This document shows positions 50,571-63,340 of a stretch of DNA of 64,000 nt, one piece after another. Under the pieces are notes generated by a model. It was not told the origin of the DNA. It did not search any database and saw only the letters and a program-made list of their open reading frames with translations. Source of the stretch: Raillietiella orientalis (Eukaryota); NCBI GenBank assembly GCA_036172245.1, contig JAYWIR010000062.1, positions 372,001 through 436,000 on the forward strand, read 5' to 3'. Numbering within the stretch: position 1 is the stretch's first letter; every line of letters begins with the position of its first letter. The translations under genes were made by a program, and so were the position numbers.

Positions 50571-51181
50571 CTGGTTGTGGTACTCGATGCCCATGCTTAA
50601 GCTGTTCAGAAGGATTGCTAGAAGGATTCCTTGCTGGAAGACGCTGTGTTCCACGAATCTCCTTGTACGAAATTTCCAGGTGGCAGCAGTGATCGGAGGG
50701 TGGAATGACACCAAAGATGAGGAATGAGCATCATGATGAACCCTATTGTTGATGTCTTTCTGGGCCACGAGTTTGTTTTCGTCGACTTCCGCGACAAAGT
50801 CGCTTCTATCTGTCTCATTAACGCCGCATTCTTTGGGTTGGATTGGAGGGATTCGGATGCACAATGAGGAGGAAACGAAGTCACCGTTTCCCTGCGCTTG
50901 TTTGTGTTTGAAAGACGAGTTATGCATAGAGCGTTCCACTGTTCTTTTCCGTGCTTCCTGCAAGGAACTGTAATCATAGAAGGTCAGTGAATGGGACTTA
51001 ATTGGAGTAGGCATGAATGTTTGTGTCATGATTTCTGCTTTTTCAGGGTGTTTCCCCCCCGCGTAACATTCAAATATAAGTGGACTAATAGATTTCATAT
51101 TTGAGAGGAGATTAGATGTGAAAGGATGCAGTTGTTCAGATTGCAGGAATTCAACATCTTTGCTATCACCTTCTAATTTAG
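50571..51181 (-). CDS. Ca-alpha1T: Cav3 exon: distal I-II linker and DII S1 (5' boundary tentative)
   Basis: Ends RRFVEHSVFQQGILLAILLNSLSMGIEYHNQ|gtaaac. The phase-1 acceptor cattttccag at 51183-51182 implies a 42-nt intron. Confidence 0.8.
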
Positions 51182-51223
51182 CTGGAAAATGTTTTGCGTC
51201 AGGAATATTCATGGGTTACTCAC

Positions 51224-51500
51224 TTCCCGATTCACCTTCTGACAAGCACACCACGTCAGATTTCTTTTTCTTCCACTTCCAATAGTAAGTTTTGAGGCAG
51301 CTGCGAAGCTTCTTATAAAAATGAACAACGAATCTCAGAAACTCCTGATAACATGATCTGGGCTCCGTGTTGGAGAGGCTGCTGAGGGAAAGAAACCTCG
51401 TTCTTTCCCTGCGAATGTTATCCATTTCTCGTCTCTTTGTCTCGCTAAACTGAGTCGCTATCACCACAAGACACAGGTTAATCAGAAAGAAAGAGCCAAT
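51224..51500 (-). CDS. Ca-alpha1T: Cav3 exon: DI S6 and gating brake
   Basis: [36 protein letters not shown]...[21 protein letters not shown]; ccttttcag acceptor, gtgagt donor. Confidence 0.92.
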
Positions 51501-51556
51501 CTGAAAAGGATGTTATCGTGACTCGGAAGGGCTGGAGCACTATCTGCAGCACTCAC

Positions 51557-51649
51557 CACAATGAGAAATACAAAGTAGATCCACGACCAGAAACTGTATG
51601 CATCTTGTACGTAATACATTATGTCTGTCCAGGCCTCGAGGCTAATTAC
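51557..51649 (-). CDS. Ca-alpha1T: Cav3 exon: DI pore (E) and start of S6
   Basis: [31 protein letters not shown]; ctcctag acceptor, gtgagt donor; 93 nt. Confidence 0.95.
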
Positions 51650-54600
51650 CTAGGAGACATTTCGGAGAGGATCAACGCAGAAAGACTCAGGTCGTACTAT
51701 TCGAATGCAACGAGACCTCAACGGGCTTTCAGTAGGAAAGCGTTCTCCTGCACAGCGAAGGACACGGACACGAGTTTCACTCGACACGAATGTGCGCGTT
51801 TGCCTTTTCCCTAGTAAAGTACCAGGAAGAAGGTGGAAAGGATACTGCTTTTTAGAGCTGTTAGCGGCTTGGTTCTGGATATCCCCCGCGTAGAATTTTT
51901 CGGGAATCACGATGGCAGGAAAAGGTGCTTTAGATCGACTGACTAGAAGAGAAAGAGGGAGGAAAGGACTTCTGGTAAAGAGCTGATCTGCGCAGGCGCG
52001 AAGAAGTTGCCGAAATCCCGTGCGGGATTTATCAGGAAAGTACATCAGGGAGTCGACTTTTCGAACACTTGCAGTGGACAGACGCGATTCGCCGCGCTGA
52101 GTGATTATTGGGAGGATTTGCACATCACAAACTTGCGATGGTTTGCAGAGATGGACGGAGAACCAGAAAAAGAGCTCGGCAAAACTACATCCCCGTAACC
52201 AAGGAAATGCACTAAACTGTGGACCCGGATTTCACATGCTCCTCTCTCTTGCTACAGCACGCAGCAGTATTTTCTCAGTCCGGGAACTGACCAATGAAAC
52301 CCAATCTTCCACTGAAGACTTTCCCCGTTGAAAATAGAAGCTCTATTGGAAAATAAATTATGTCAACCTAAAAAGGCACGTCCACGTTGCTTGTTCTCTC
52401 GATTTCGGTTGAACAGCCGATTCGTACGTGTTGTTCCGTAATGTCTGGAATAGCGAACTGACAGAGATAGCAAAGTCCCTGTTGATGGAAATCACTCGCA
52501 CACCGGTCGAAATAGGGAAATTTTTTTCCTGCTGTTGATGAAACTCATCCATCCATCATACTGGAGTAGTAAACAAGCGTCCTCTTCCGAATCTTCTGAA
52601 TCTGGAGAGGGATGAAAAAACACTGGCATCGCGATGAGTCCTCACTCCAACTGCGACTCCGAAACGACAACTCAAAAGTCGACGGTACTGCTTCGACTTC
52701 TAGTGCGAACGGAGGAACCAGCGGTTTGATTTCCAGCCGATTTGACTGCTACGACCGAAGCAGCAAGAAGTAAAGAATGACAAATGTGAAAGTAAACTGA
52801 ATGTAAAAGTCACTGGTTTGGTAGTGGAAGGGCTCGAGATGCATTCGAAGAGTTGTCTGAAAATGGGACCTTATACTTTGTTCGTGACAATCACGAGCTC
52901 TTTTGTGCACCCAAGATCCATCTCAGGTTCTTGCAGCCTACGAATTTGTGGCGAAAACCCTTCGAAACAATCCCTGGAAAGCACAAAAACAGAAAGCACA
53001 CAGGCAATCGCTGCTTTTTGAAAAACGTCCGTCGCCACGTTATCCGCATTTCTTCCAAGCCACTTTTTCTAACAGTAATTTGATGAAATCCAGCAAATGT
53101 GTGTGTTGTAGCTCCTTCTCATAGTTCCCGAAGATGCTGCTTCAATCATGTGAGGGAGAAATCTCTGAGAAATTCTTGAGCCAAATTTCCATTCCTGACG
53201 AACGGATACCTAAGCTTAAATGATTCATACTTTGAGAGATCTTAGGGATCTCAGTCCAAGATCTTTGAATCGAGCTTAAGGGAACTTTCAATTTTCCGGA
53301 ACATCGGAGTATCAGTGAATTTTAAAAGAGGTCTTTTGCAATTATTGCTCACTCAAGGAAATCATCTTTTGAAACTTTTGGAAGTTTGAATGCTGCCTGC
53401 TAGTCAATCGCTTTTCGACCTTTTGGCTAAGATCAAAGCCTGACCAGAGTGGAAAAAGAGAAAGACTACAGGAGATGATCGCCTTGCCAATCGTAAAAAA
53501 GCACTTCGGGCTGAAGTGTGACAACTTTATCGCGGAGGCACTTGGATCGTGGGACCTCGGAACGAGGGAATCCTTCGGGAATCAGGTATCCCGAAGCGGT
53601 ATGCGGACACAACTTGACCTCAAGAATCCAGTACAGTGGGGATATCTACAGGACGCACTGTCTAGGACATTCTCCAGATGACGCAGTTAATCTGCGTAAA
53701 GAAAGAATAGCTGCAAACGAAGGGAACCTCTCCTTGAACTCATGAAGATTGAATAGTCTGTTAGCCAAAGAAAGAGATACAGCAGAACCGTTCAGTTAAT
53801 GTTTTTATATGTTTGTAATGCAATCTTTGAAATGAAATCCCCCACGAACGTGGACGCTGCAGTTAATTGTGAGGGGAAAACGGAACGAATCAGCTTAAGA
53901 TGAAAATTATTAAGGAAAAGTAGGGCAAAAGTTAACGCCTGTATGCTGAGGAAAAATTTTCACGCTTGAGAATGACCCCTGCTCCTATTGAAGTATTCCA
54001 GAGGATACTCGACCGCAATCCAGATAGCTGAAAAGCTAATTTTTTCTTCCTTCTTTATTTCCTTTTCTAACCGTTGGAGATCATGTGAACTTTGTAAATT
54101 CATGAGTTGATGGAAGTGGTTTTCCGTTTGAAACTGTTCAAAGCTTGCAGCCGACCTGTTTCTAGCAGGGCGGAAGAGGCAATTTTATGTTTTAGTTTTG
54201 GATTTGAAAATACGTGGGCGTAGGAAAATTCCTCATCAGAATGCCCACCCACTTGGTCTCAACAGTTTCAGTGAAGCAACGTGAACAGCACCTCATTCTT
54301 TCAGCCAAGGAATCCTAGGTGAATTCCCAGATTCCTGTTTTCCTCGGAAGGGAAGGCGGAGGGAGTCAAGTTGTTTTGCCACAGCATTCATGCTTTCATG
54401 TGTTGATGATGATTCCCTAACGACTGTGATCCGCCACTTCCAGAAAAACGAACCAAGAGTATTGCTCTCGTAGATTTGCTTCTTAAGCAAGGTTAATCAT
54501 GAAGAAAATTTAATAAACCGAACGTAAAAGGCAAAAAAGGAGCTCGAGGGATACCAAAAGGTTAAGAGAATTACATCAGCCTGCTGGGAAAGGTCACAAA

Positions 54601-56099
54601 CCAACTCAGAAAGAAATCTATTGTTTCCAGAAACGCAGTCCATTTGGAGGAAACTAATCTAGCGAGAGTAGTAGTTCTACTACTATGCTCTCTGGAAATC
54701 TTCTCGAGATCAGCTTCCTCTTCAATAATTCATTTTGCTCATTCTACTCTTGAAAATTTTAATGCCTAATTCATTGCGCTGTGATGCGTTTACAGAGAAG
54801 CCATCTTTCTTGATGAATGTCTTGGGAAGATAAATCTACAAGGTTTACGAAGAAGTGCTCTTCTATAAGTTTCCAAGAAATTCAGCTTCCATCTCTGCGT
54901 ACTGGGAAATACGAGTGGCTCGTAAATTCCCAGGGACAGATCGGGCAGTCCCGACTTCTCCCTGCGTGGGACGATGTCTGCTTTCTCAAATGATCTGCTG
55001 TTCCTCCCTCCTCAGAAAGGAAACTCGCTTCATTCAAGTTCTTCCGGTTCTTCCAAAGGAAGAAATGGCAAAAGAAGAAGAATGGCCAATTCATGGTTTT
55101 GTTTTTCAAACGGTGCCCACGCTCATTACGCTTTGCAGATGCCAAGCGACGAGGATGTCCTTCTAATTTTACGATCCCCCCACTACGACCCTTAGTCCGA
55201 CCGAAGTGCCAAGTCAGAAGCCACTTCCCTTCGAGAAGGCATGGAAGCATGCTCAAAGCCAGAACGCTGTTACCATAGTAAGTATCTTTTCCCCCTTCAT
55301 CGTGATGGCACGACGTGTTTCTCTCCTTAAAAAAACCACCTCTTGGAAGAAAATTCGTTGGAAAAGAGATTGATTGAAAATCCGGGCACGGTTCCAAGTT
55401 CAACAGTGCTATATGGTATATAATCCCTCTTTCATGGAACTTGCGTGTTCTCACAAAGAACAATTAGGGAGTGGAAAGTAAGGAGACGAAAAGAAAACGC
55501 TGGAGGAATGCATCGCTGAAGAAGCGGCAGGGACCAGCATCACACGAAACAAAAAATGCTGTTGCCCCTCGTGAGCATCCACTGGTACCGAAAAAAACGC
55601 CGTCTATAAGATGAAACCAAACACAGGTCAGAATGGATTCAACCCCCTTGCTGTTAAGTAATCCCATGTTCAGAAGGGAATCTAAGAGATGAAAGAGGAA
55701 ACAGCCGGGAAAACAGCCGACGAAAAATGCCTAGGCGGTCACAGTAAACCCGTTCAGCAATGCGGATCGTGGTCAATGAAGTTCCAAAAAAAGCTGTGAA
55801 GGTCATCTGCTAGAATGAATAAAAGAAACGGAGCAGAAGCAAATGTGATTTGCTTGGTCCCTGGACCTGAGATAAAACGAATCTGCTTTCCATCCTGGTC
55901 TGGCGCGGCGAGAAAATCATCGGAAATTCCCACCAGAAGGTCTCAGCCCAGAGATTAGGGAGAGAGTGTGGAAGGGAGGTGGCTGTGAAGAGAAATGAAG
56001 TGAAGAGTTGACAGCGGAGACTCATGCAGCTGGGTGTGGATCAGGCTATATTGATCAAGTTGCAGAGCTCGGTTCTTGCTCCAGATAAGAATAAAATAG

Positions 56100-57250
56100 A
56101 AAAATCCTCCTTGAGAAATTGTAAGGAATTTTGGAAGGAAATCAAAGTCAACTCTGGATACATTCAATTCCAGTATTTCCAAGATCCAGCCTTGAGCACG
56201 GGTTCGAACACTTTACTGTGCGCACCGTTTCTAACAGTGCACACAGTAAATTGGGATCTTGGAGAGTGGGAGACACTGTCTACTCCCTACAAGGGAAAGA
56301 CAGCAATTCCTAAAATCGATTCCCCCCCCCTCCGCTCCCCTCCTCCCAAAAGACTGCATCCTGATGCTCCTTTAAAAAAACTCGGTTCGTGGGAACTCCC
56401 TACAGTCCCTGCTCTTAAAGATCACCCAACGAAGATAAGAAAACACTCTTGTTTACTGATTGAATTAGTGAACCCGCTGCTCGCTTCCCAACAAAAGATG
56501 CGGGGAAGCTTCAAGTTGGTCTGCGAATGATATCTCTTGGGTGCTATAGAAACGGAACTCCTTTCGAAATTATTTCCTCATGGAAGGATTGAGAGAGGAA
56601 AAGAGTAGGCTTCTATCCTCTGAAATGTTCATCGGGGGAAACTTGCCATGAGATAATCAAGATCGGAGCCGGAAGCTGAAAGCCTCCAGACAGTCAGCCT
56701 CCTCCATGTAAGGAATCGGATGCGTAAGGAAAAGATTAGGTCAAGACGAGAAACAAGCTATCATAGTGTTGAGATGGTGACTCGGTTCCATTCCTCCGGA
56801 TCTGCGAGATCCTGTGAACTGCCCTTGTTTCCTCCGTCCTCCGCACCTCCTCAAGCCGGAAACTTTGATCTTCCAGTGATTCGCATGTTCCAGGATTCTC
56901 TCCCTCTTCCTCACGCCCCTATTCCATTCAGCTGTTGTTGCTTGAACATGATGTGCTCTGAGCCCGCGTTTCAATTTCTCATGTTTCTCCTCAGAGTAGG
57001 CTGCATTTTCTTTCGGATAGGGGAGGAAATGAGGGGAAAGTCATCCTGGTCTTCAGCTTCGGATTGATTCGGTACAGACATGAGAAAATGGGGCTGATGA
57101 GGGGCAGCCGAAGAAGATATGGAAACGAGGAGGCTTTACACGGCAAAAATTCCATTGATCCCAGAGTTTAGGGCGTTACTGGATTTGGCCGGGGAAGCCA
57201 TTTTGCGTCCTTCCTTAAAGATGGATGGTCCGTACCTTCTTTATAGATCG
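56100..57250 (+). mobile_element. Possible heavily decayed LINE (RT) remnant, antisense to Cav3
   Basis: Frame-broken motifs in RT order: KEFWKEIK, SSWK, ESLQTVSLL (cf. NYRPISLL), ALLDLAGEA (cf. FLDLxKAFD). Weak. Confidence 0.25.
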
Positions 57251-58110
57251 TACCCTGGACTCTCCCCGGAAGACATGAGAAAGGGAGAACAGAGATGCTC
57301 CACAGGAGGCAGCTTCGAAATTAGACACGCGCTTAGTTCGTGCTCATACTGGGAAATGGATTCCACCGCCCGGTGTTCTAACGCTCAAGGAAAGGGAAAT
57401 AAAGAAGGAAGGAGCATGCGGAGCAGCAGGTGAATTGACGATATTGGATCGGTCTGTGGAGCTGATGACTTCAGATGACTTTGACTGATGACTCCTTAAA
57501 AGACTTCGTCATTGAGACGTCAGCAGGGGAACACCGCGGAGAAGGGGCGAGAAAGACCGCTGAAGAGATCAGACAAGAGTTAATGGAATGTGAGGAGCAG
57601 GGTTCCTGGGGGAAGTGAAAGGGGTGGGGGAGCGTTCATGCTATGATGCTAATACCTCTTCGTAGCCCGATTCGAGGAATTACTGGGAGATCGACTTGCT
57701 TTGCGAGAGCCCCTCCACCCCAAGCAAAGTACCAGAATCGGCTTGACGGCAACGAGGAACTTCGGATCCCCTTTCCCGAAGTCCGGACGTGTCTTCGAAA
57801 GCAGTAGTTCCACCCGCAGACGCCGATCACAGAGGCAATGGCACCAGCAGGAGGGACGCATTCCCCCTCCCTCGTCCAGAACAGGCTCAACACCCTCCCT
57901 TCTGCTTCGTGTTCCCAGACAACGCCCACTTTGACTTCCGTGTTCCAAGCAGAAAATGCGTGGATCACGGAAGACAGCAGCGGCTCGAGTTGGGAAAAGA
58001 CAGACCGATGTCAACGTGGAAAAACCATGTAGGTGACCAAGACAGAGAGGTCGGGCGGTAGCGATCGTTCGCAATGCGGAGAGAAACAGAGAGCCATGAC
58101 CTTCACTCAC

Positions 58111-58402
58111 CAGGAATATGGTCACCCATGCCGATCCGATGTTATCGAAGGAGATGGCGCCTTGGAAGGGGTTCTTGTCTCCAGCTCTGCAGGTGGTGTA
58201 GTACTGGTTCCAGTTCACGCAGTTCTCGGAGAACGGGTACCCCTGGTAGGCAGAAACTGCAGTGCCGTTGCACACGATCTTGCTGTTCAGAGGATGTCGG
58301 GAAGGAGGCAGATCCTTGCATGTGTGCAGGCCGTGATCCTTGGGCAAGGAGCAGATGTAATCCTTCTCGACCTCCTGTAGCTGATAGTAGGAAGATATGA
58401 CC
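58111..58402 (-). CDS. Ca-alpha1T: Cav3 exon: DI extracellular turret
   Basis: VISSYYQ...DYICSLPKDHGLHTCKDLPP...CVNWNQYYTTCRAGDKNPFQGAISFDNIGSAWVTIFL; ttccag acceptor, gtgagt donor. Confidence 0.95.
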
Positions 58403-61400
58403 CTGGAACAGCACGTGGGGGAAGAGAAAGCCAGGGAAGCAAATACTCGCTGTCCATTCTTGCGTTTCGAGAGCAAATCAGCGCTCCTTCCTCGCTCCCG
58501 GAAAGTTAACGAGTGAACGGAGCCATTCGCCGAGAGCGGGAGGAGAAAGAATCGGTCCACGAGAGTTTCGAGAAAGGAGCTCCTGACGGGAAACTTGGTC
58601 TCGTTTGGGGGGAAACCCCGACATCTCCTCTCAGTCTCTTAATTCGGTCTTCTCTTTAGCAGAGCGGGCGATCTGCCTTTCGCAGCGATCCGCGCTCCTT
58701 GACTTCTTTGAGGGATTCGTGCTCCGTCAACATCCCCGATCCATGATCACGGAACTCTTCCAGAAAGAACAGCTTTTCTAGAATCACTTGTTGAAGGATG
58801 TTCCCGGCTGTGCCTCAGGAAGCATCCGTCCTGCCTGAGGCGTTCGATCACCGGTCGCCCTAATCCTGGTGCTGTAGGCATAATCCGATTCTCTCCTTTC
58901 ACCCTTCCTCCGTTGGGCGTGGATTCTGCGGCGAATCCTTGGGATCTTCGAGAAATTCTGGTGTTCAATCCCATTCCCCACGAGGGAGCAGATCCGATGC
59001 CTTTCCAAATCCTCGTGGACCCGCCCTCGACGGGGAACGATCTGAAGGAAAAATCCGCCGACTAGACGCTCGCAAACCTCGTCCTCTCCCAGATTCAGTG
59101 GCGCTGGGGAGAATTCCTTCTGCGGCGGTGAAAATCCTTCAATGACAAGGGATGCAAGCTGAAAGGAAAGCTCCTGATTTGCTCCGGATCTTTTGCAGCT
59201 GATCTCCACAGGAAAAGGTGGCTTTGCTGTCTCAAAGCCCCTTGCTGCAGTGCTCGTTTGCTTGTGCGGGGAAGAAGCAGATTTCTTCCTCTTGACACGG
59301 CAGGCAGCACCCTGAGGCCTCACCCGGACCCTCCTTGGCGGATTGCGGCCCGAGTCAGCACTCTGATCCAGCAGCCAGCCTCATCTCGGAGTACCTCGCA
59401 TTCCGCGGAGGTGCACCTCCCCTTTCCTCGGGTAGACATCTGATTTCGTGAACTCGTGGCGCAAGCTTCGAGAGGATCTCTGAGAAACTGTCCAGGAAAC
59501 GCGCCATCCAGGAAATCCTGCATCGACAGGCTTTTCTGAAGGAACAAAGCCTTCCGGGGGGGGGAGGGGGACCGCTCTCTCTCTTGTACGAGTTACTCGC
59601 GCGCGCTTAGTGAAGAATCTGCTTGCCAACAACCTCTGCAGCGGCGTCGACAACCTTTATTTGCAGTCAAGATGCTGTTAAAGCTCCACGGAACACGAGA
59701 TTTTTATCTGGAGTGCGTTCATTCACGCAGTCTTACGGACAGAGTGAGGGGCAGCAGGTCCGGCGCATGGGAAGGAAGAGTTTGACGAAGCATACAAGGA
59801 ACGAATTGTGTTCATTCCCGTGGACAGCTCGTTTCGAACGGGAAGTCGCTCCCCATCCCTCCTCTCCCAGCAGTGCATTTCTGGCAGCGGGGAAGCCGCT
59901 GCACGGTAAGCGGCCATTACGCAATGCCCGGCATGCATGCGTCCACACCTCAGGAAGTAATTTCAGCAAATGCATTCCTATTGCTGATTAGAATGAAACA
60001 ATAATCTCCGAATGGACACAGTACGATTCGCGGTAGATTGCTGCCATGCGACCGATTGCTGAGTGAAGATCAACCGCAATTTTTTCTTTTTTCCTTTTTT
60101 TTTAAGGGGGGGGGGGGAGGGTGAACGCGGGATGGGAATCCGCGCGATCCGACCAAAAAACTTTCGCTGTCGTTCCACCGGGAAGCAGCAGCAGGGAGAA
60201 GAGGCTCTCTGCAGCCGGACAGCATCGGGACTGACCCGGACGAAAGATCTCTTTGTGAGCAGGTCAGCTGCTCGGGTCGGCGACTGAAGTAGCCGCAAGG
60301 GTTGCTTCCATAGCAGCAGGGGTGGCCCTTCGAGTTGATTAGCGTCAAAAAAAAAGGGGGGGGGGGGCGTACGCTATTCCGTTCCCTTTTATTGAAAACT
60401 GATTTGCAGGCTTTTCTGTTTTGCTCGGTTTCGCAGACTTTGCGTGAAAGGGTTCCCCCCCCCCCAAAGTAGAATGAAAAAAAAAAAAAAACAAAAAGTC
60501 TGAGGACCGTCTTCGTTTCGGTCAATCTGTTGTCTCATTCTGGAAGGAGACTTTTTGTTCTCTCTCTCTGCGCGGTTGCCCCATTCCCCAGATCGGATCG
60601 ACTTTTTGAATCCTGGCGTGGAATCCGAGCATGGAAAGTTTGGCTTCCCGCAGTGTGCAAATTAACACAAGGCCAACCTGGGATTCCTTAATGACTCTCG
60701 CATTCAATTCCGTTTTTTTTTTTTTTTTTTTTTTTTTTTGAAATAACGGACATGTGCACCGACGGAAGCGGAAACCGATATGCGTACGATTGATTTTGTG
60801 GATTCAACTCATGAAATTCTCGACTTGGTTTATAGCATCTATAAAGAGTCAGATAAAGTAAGTATCATCAAAAAAACAAAATAAAACAATGCTCCAAGTA
60901 ATCACAAACAAAAGTGTTAGTCAGATGCATAAATTATGTACAGACAGAACATCAACAAACGCATGCGACTTACAGAGGAAGTTTAGTTTTCGTTTTGAAT
61001 ATGGAAGGCAAGGACCTGAAACATCATAATTCAATTCATTGCAACGAATGTCAGGTGGCATAAAATTTGTAAAACATAATGGATCAACAACTTATTCGCA
61101 GTGCTTGAAAACGAAACAGAAAAACGAACGAACGAAGAAACGAAAATCAATTTCGCCGTCAACGAGAAAAATTTCAAGAAAGCCCTGAAACCCCTGAAGA
61201 CCCCGCGTCAGTTTACGTCTGCCAACTTCCTTCGGAAAAGCTGCCTTTCACGACGAGCAGCATCGGCGGCGGCTTCCCCCACCGACGACAACACAGTGCT
61301 TCCATTTTCCCAACCGTGGCATAGTGTTTGCGACGTGCACAGACACACACACGCACGCACAGAAAAACACACACACAAAAAAGACACTTGCGTACCCAAT

Positions 61401-63171
61401 TTTTTTTTTTCCACCATTTTGATTTCCCCCCACCCCACCACCCCCGCTCGGAAAGCTCGCCGCTGCACTTTGTTGCGTCACAGGTTAGCCTACGACTCCG
61501 AACAGTGCCCCCCCCCCTCCTCCTCCTCCTTTCGTCAGGATCGTTTTCATGCAATCGATAGCGGCCGTTCCTTTCGGTGCATCCTTTTCCCCTTCTTTAT
61601 CCGCAAAACGGCAGAAATCGTTTTCCGAGGGCAGGAGGATGCCCGTCGAATCGGCGTGGAACAGCCACTTGTGGAGCGGGAAAACTCAAAAGATCGCATC
61701 CGATCCTCCCGAGAATTTCCAAGGCGAAACTTTTCGTTTCCCGCTGCCTGCGAGCCAGTTGTCGGAGAGGGATCTGTCCAGTTGACCGTGCGCCATTCGG
61801 AGCAGAACGGAGCACAGCCCCAGGAACAGGACAGTAAATCAAGGACTGCTGCTATCTGCTCGACTATTCTGACCAGAGATGGAGGAGACCTCATTACGGA
61901 AAAGTCTGTCGATTCAAACGTCCTGATGGGCAGTACTTTGATTACTGGTAGAGCAGCTCCTTGTTTTCGGAGAAACCATCACAGGAACCGGAAAAAGAAT
62001 CAACCGAGGAGCTGGGGCCAACCCGAGGTTCAGATTTACGGCTCGACTTCTGCCTGACGTCTGCCGGAATTCCTACAGATTCCATGGGTCTCCGCCAGAG
62101 ATCTTCAAGATTTCGATTCGAGCACGCGGAAGAATCGCTCCTCCCTGTTCGTTTGCTCGGTCCTTTTTTTCCGGGAATCGACTCGAGAAATCGGAAGAAA
62201 GCAACTAGTTGGCATCTCCACACGAGAGTTCAAGGAACAGGAATCGGAGCCGGGATCGGAGGAGGAAAAGGCGCACTTGGCGGATGGGGGCAGGTGGACG
62301 ATCAAGCTTGGACGCTCTGATGAGGGTTCAAGACCCTCCCTTCCCCCTTTCGTCCTCCGATTATGCGTGGAAAATTCCCGATTTCGAAGGCCCGCGCTGG
62401 GCTCCCTCTCCTTCTCGACTTTCTCGCGAGGCCTCGAAGGTTCTCCCGAATCCTCGCTGCAAGCTGTCTCCGAGGAAACATCAGCCCACTTTCCTTTCGG
62501 GCTCCCCCCCCTGACCTGGCCGCTCTTCCTCTCCCTCCGTCCATTTCCTCCTCCCCCCCCCCCTCTTCTTCACTTCTCTCTCCGATCCCCGTCTTTTTCC
62601 GCGCACAGCTTTTCCCCCGACACGGAAGGGACATCGGCTCGGTTCCATTGGCGGGAGGAAATGAACTTCGGATGTTCCTTCAGTCTCCAAGGAGGAACTT
62701 CCTCGAGAGTGCGCGATACCGGAGGAAAGAAGAGTTCTCGAGGAGCACGGAAAGACAGCGGGGTGCAGGTGATCTTCCCGTTCCTCGATTGGGAGGTTTG
62801 CAGCTGACCGCTTTTCCGAGCCTCCTCGGAGGAAGGGAGGGGAAAAAAAAGGGGGGGGCACCGAAGATCGGTAGCAGCAGAGGGCTCTCTTTCAGTTCCC
62901 GGACGACACTCCCGACCAACTGCCGAAGGATGACCCTCCGACTCCGAGCAGTCCTTTTTTTTCCCGCTCATCTGCACGCCCCTTGTCCTCCCGTCTTTAT
63001 TTTTGTTTCCCTCTTTTCCTTTAGAAGACGACGCGCTTCACGTTCAGTTCCTGAGAGGGGGCGGCAGTTGCGGTCCACCTTCCCGTCCTCCCATTTCCTC
63101 CCCGTCTCGATCTCCCCCTGCCAAACGTTCCCGCCATCCTTCGCTCCTAGGTGGAGATGACCAATATCTAC

Positions 63172-63340
63172 CCGTGGGTGACGTCCGGCGGGAGGTCGAT
63201 GTAGCATCTCTGCCTGAGCGTCCCCGCCCACAGCTGCACCCCGATGATGCCAAAGATGAAGAATACGAAGAAGCACAGCAGCAGGACGTTTCCGAGCATG
63301 GGCAGCGTGTCCAAGAGCAGCATCACGAGTATCCGCAGAC
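63172..63340 (-). CDS. Ca-alpha1T: Cav3 exon: DI S4-S5 linker and S5
   Basis: [55 protein letters not shown]; gttgcag acceptor, gtagat donor. Ends phase 2, matching the exon at 58402. Confidence 0.95.

Larger units (their letters stand above)
5859..63340 (-). other. Ca-alpha1T: Gene span: T-type voltage-gated calcium channel alpha-1 subunit (Cav3 / Ca-alpha1T), 5'-truncated by the window; 3' end tentative
   Basis: About 27 phase-consistent exons covering DI S5 to the C-terminus. EEDD pore, gating-brake segment, exon 12a/12b pair, and hallmark Cav3 strings such as [39 protein letters not shown] and [12 protein letters not shown]. Confidence 0.97.

Noticed and set aside
57090..57500. Hammerhead ribozyme or C/D snoRNA from CTGATGA motifs (also near 41117 and 62317)
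   Set aside because: No correctly spaced GAAA core with stems I-III, and no convincing C/D terminal stem
61101..62057. 318-aa + strand ORF
   Set aside because: Runs through microsatellite and homopolymer tracts and has no domain signature
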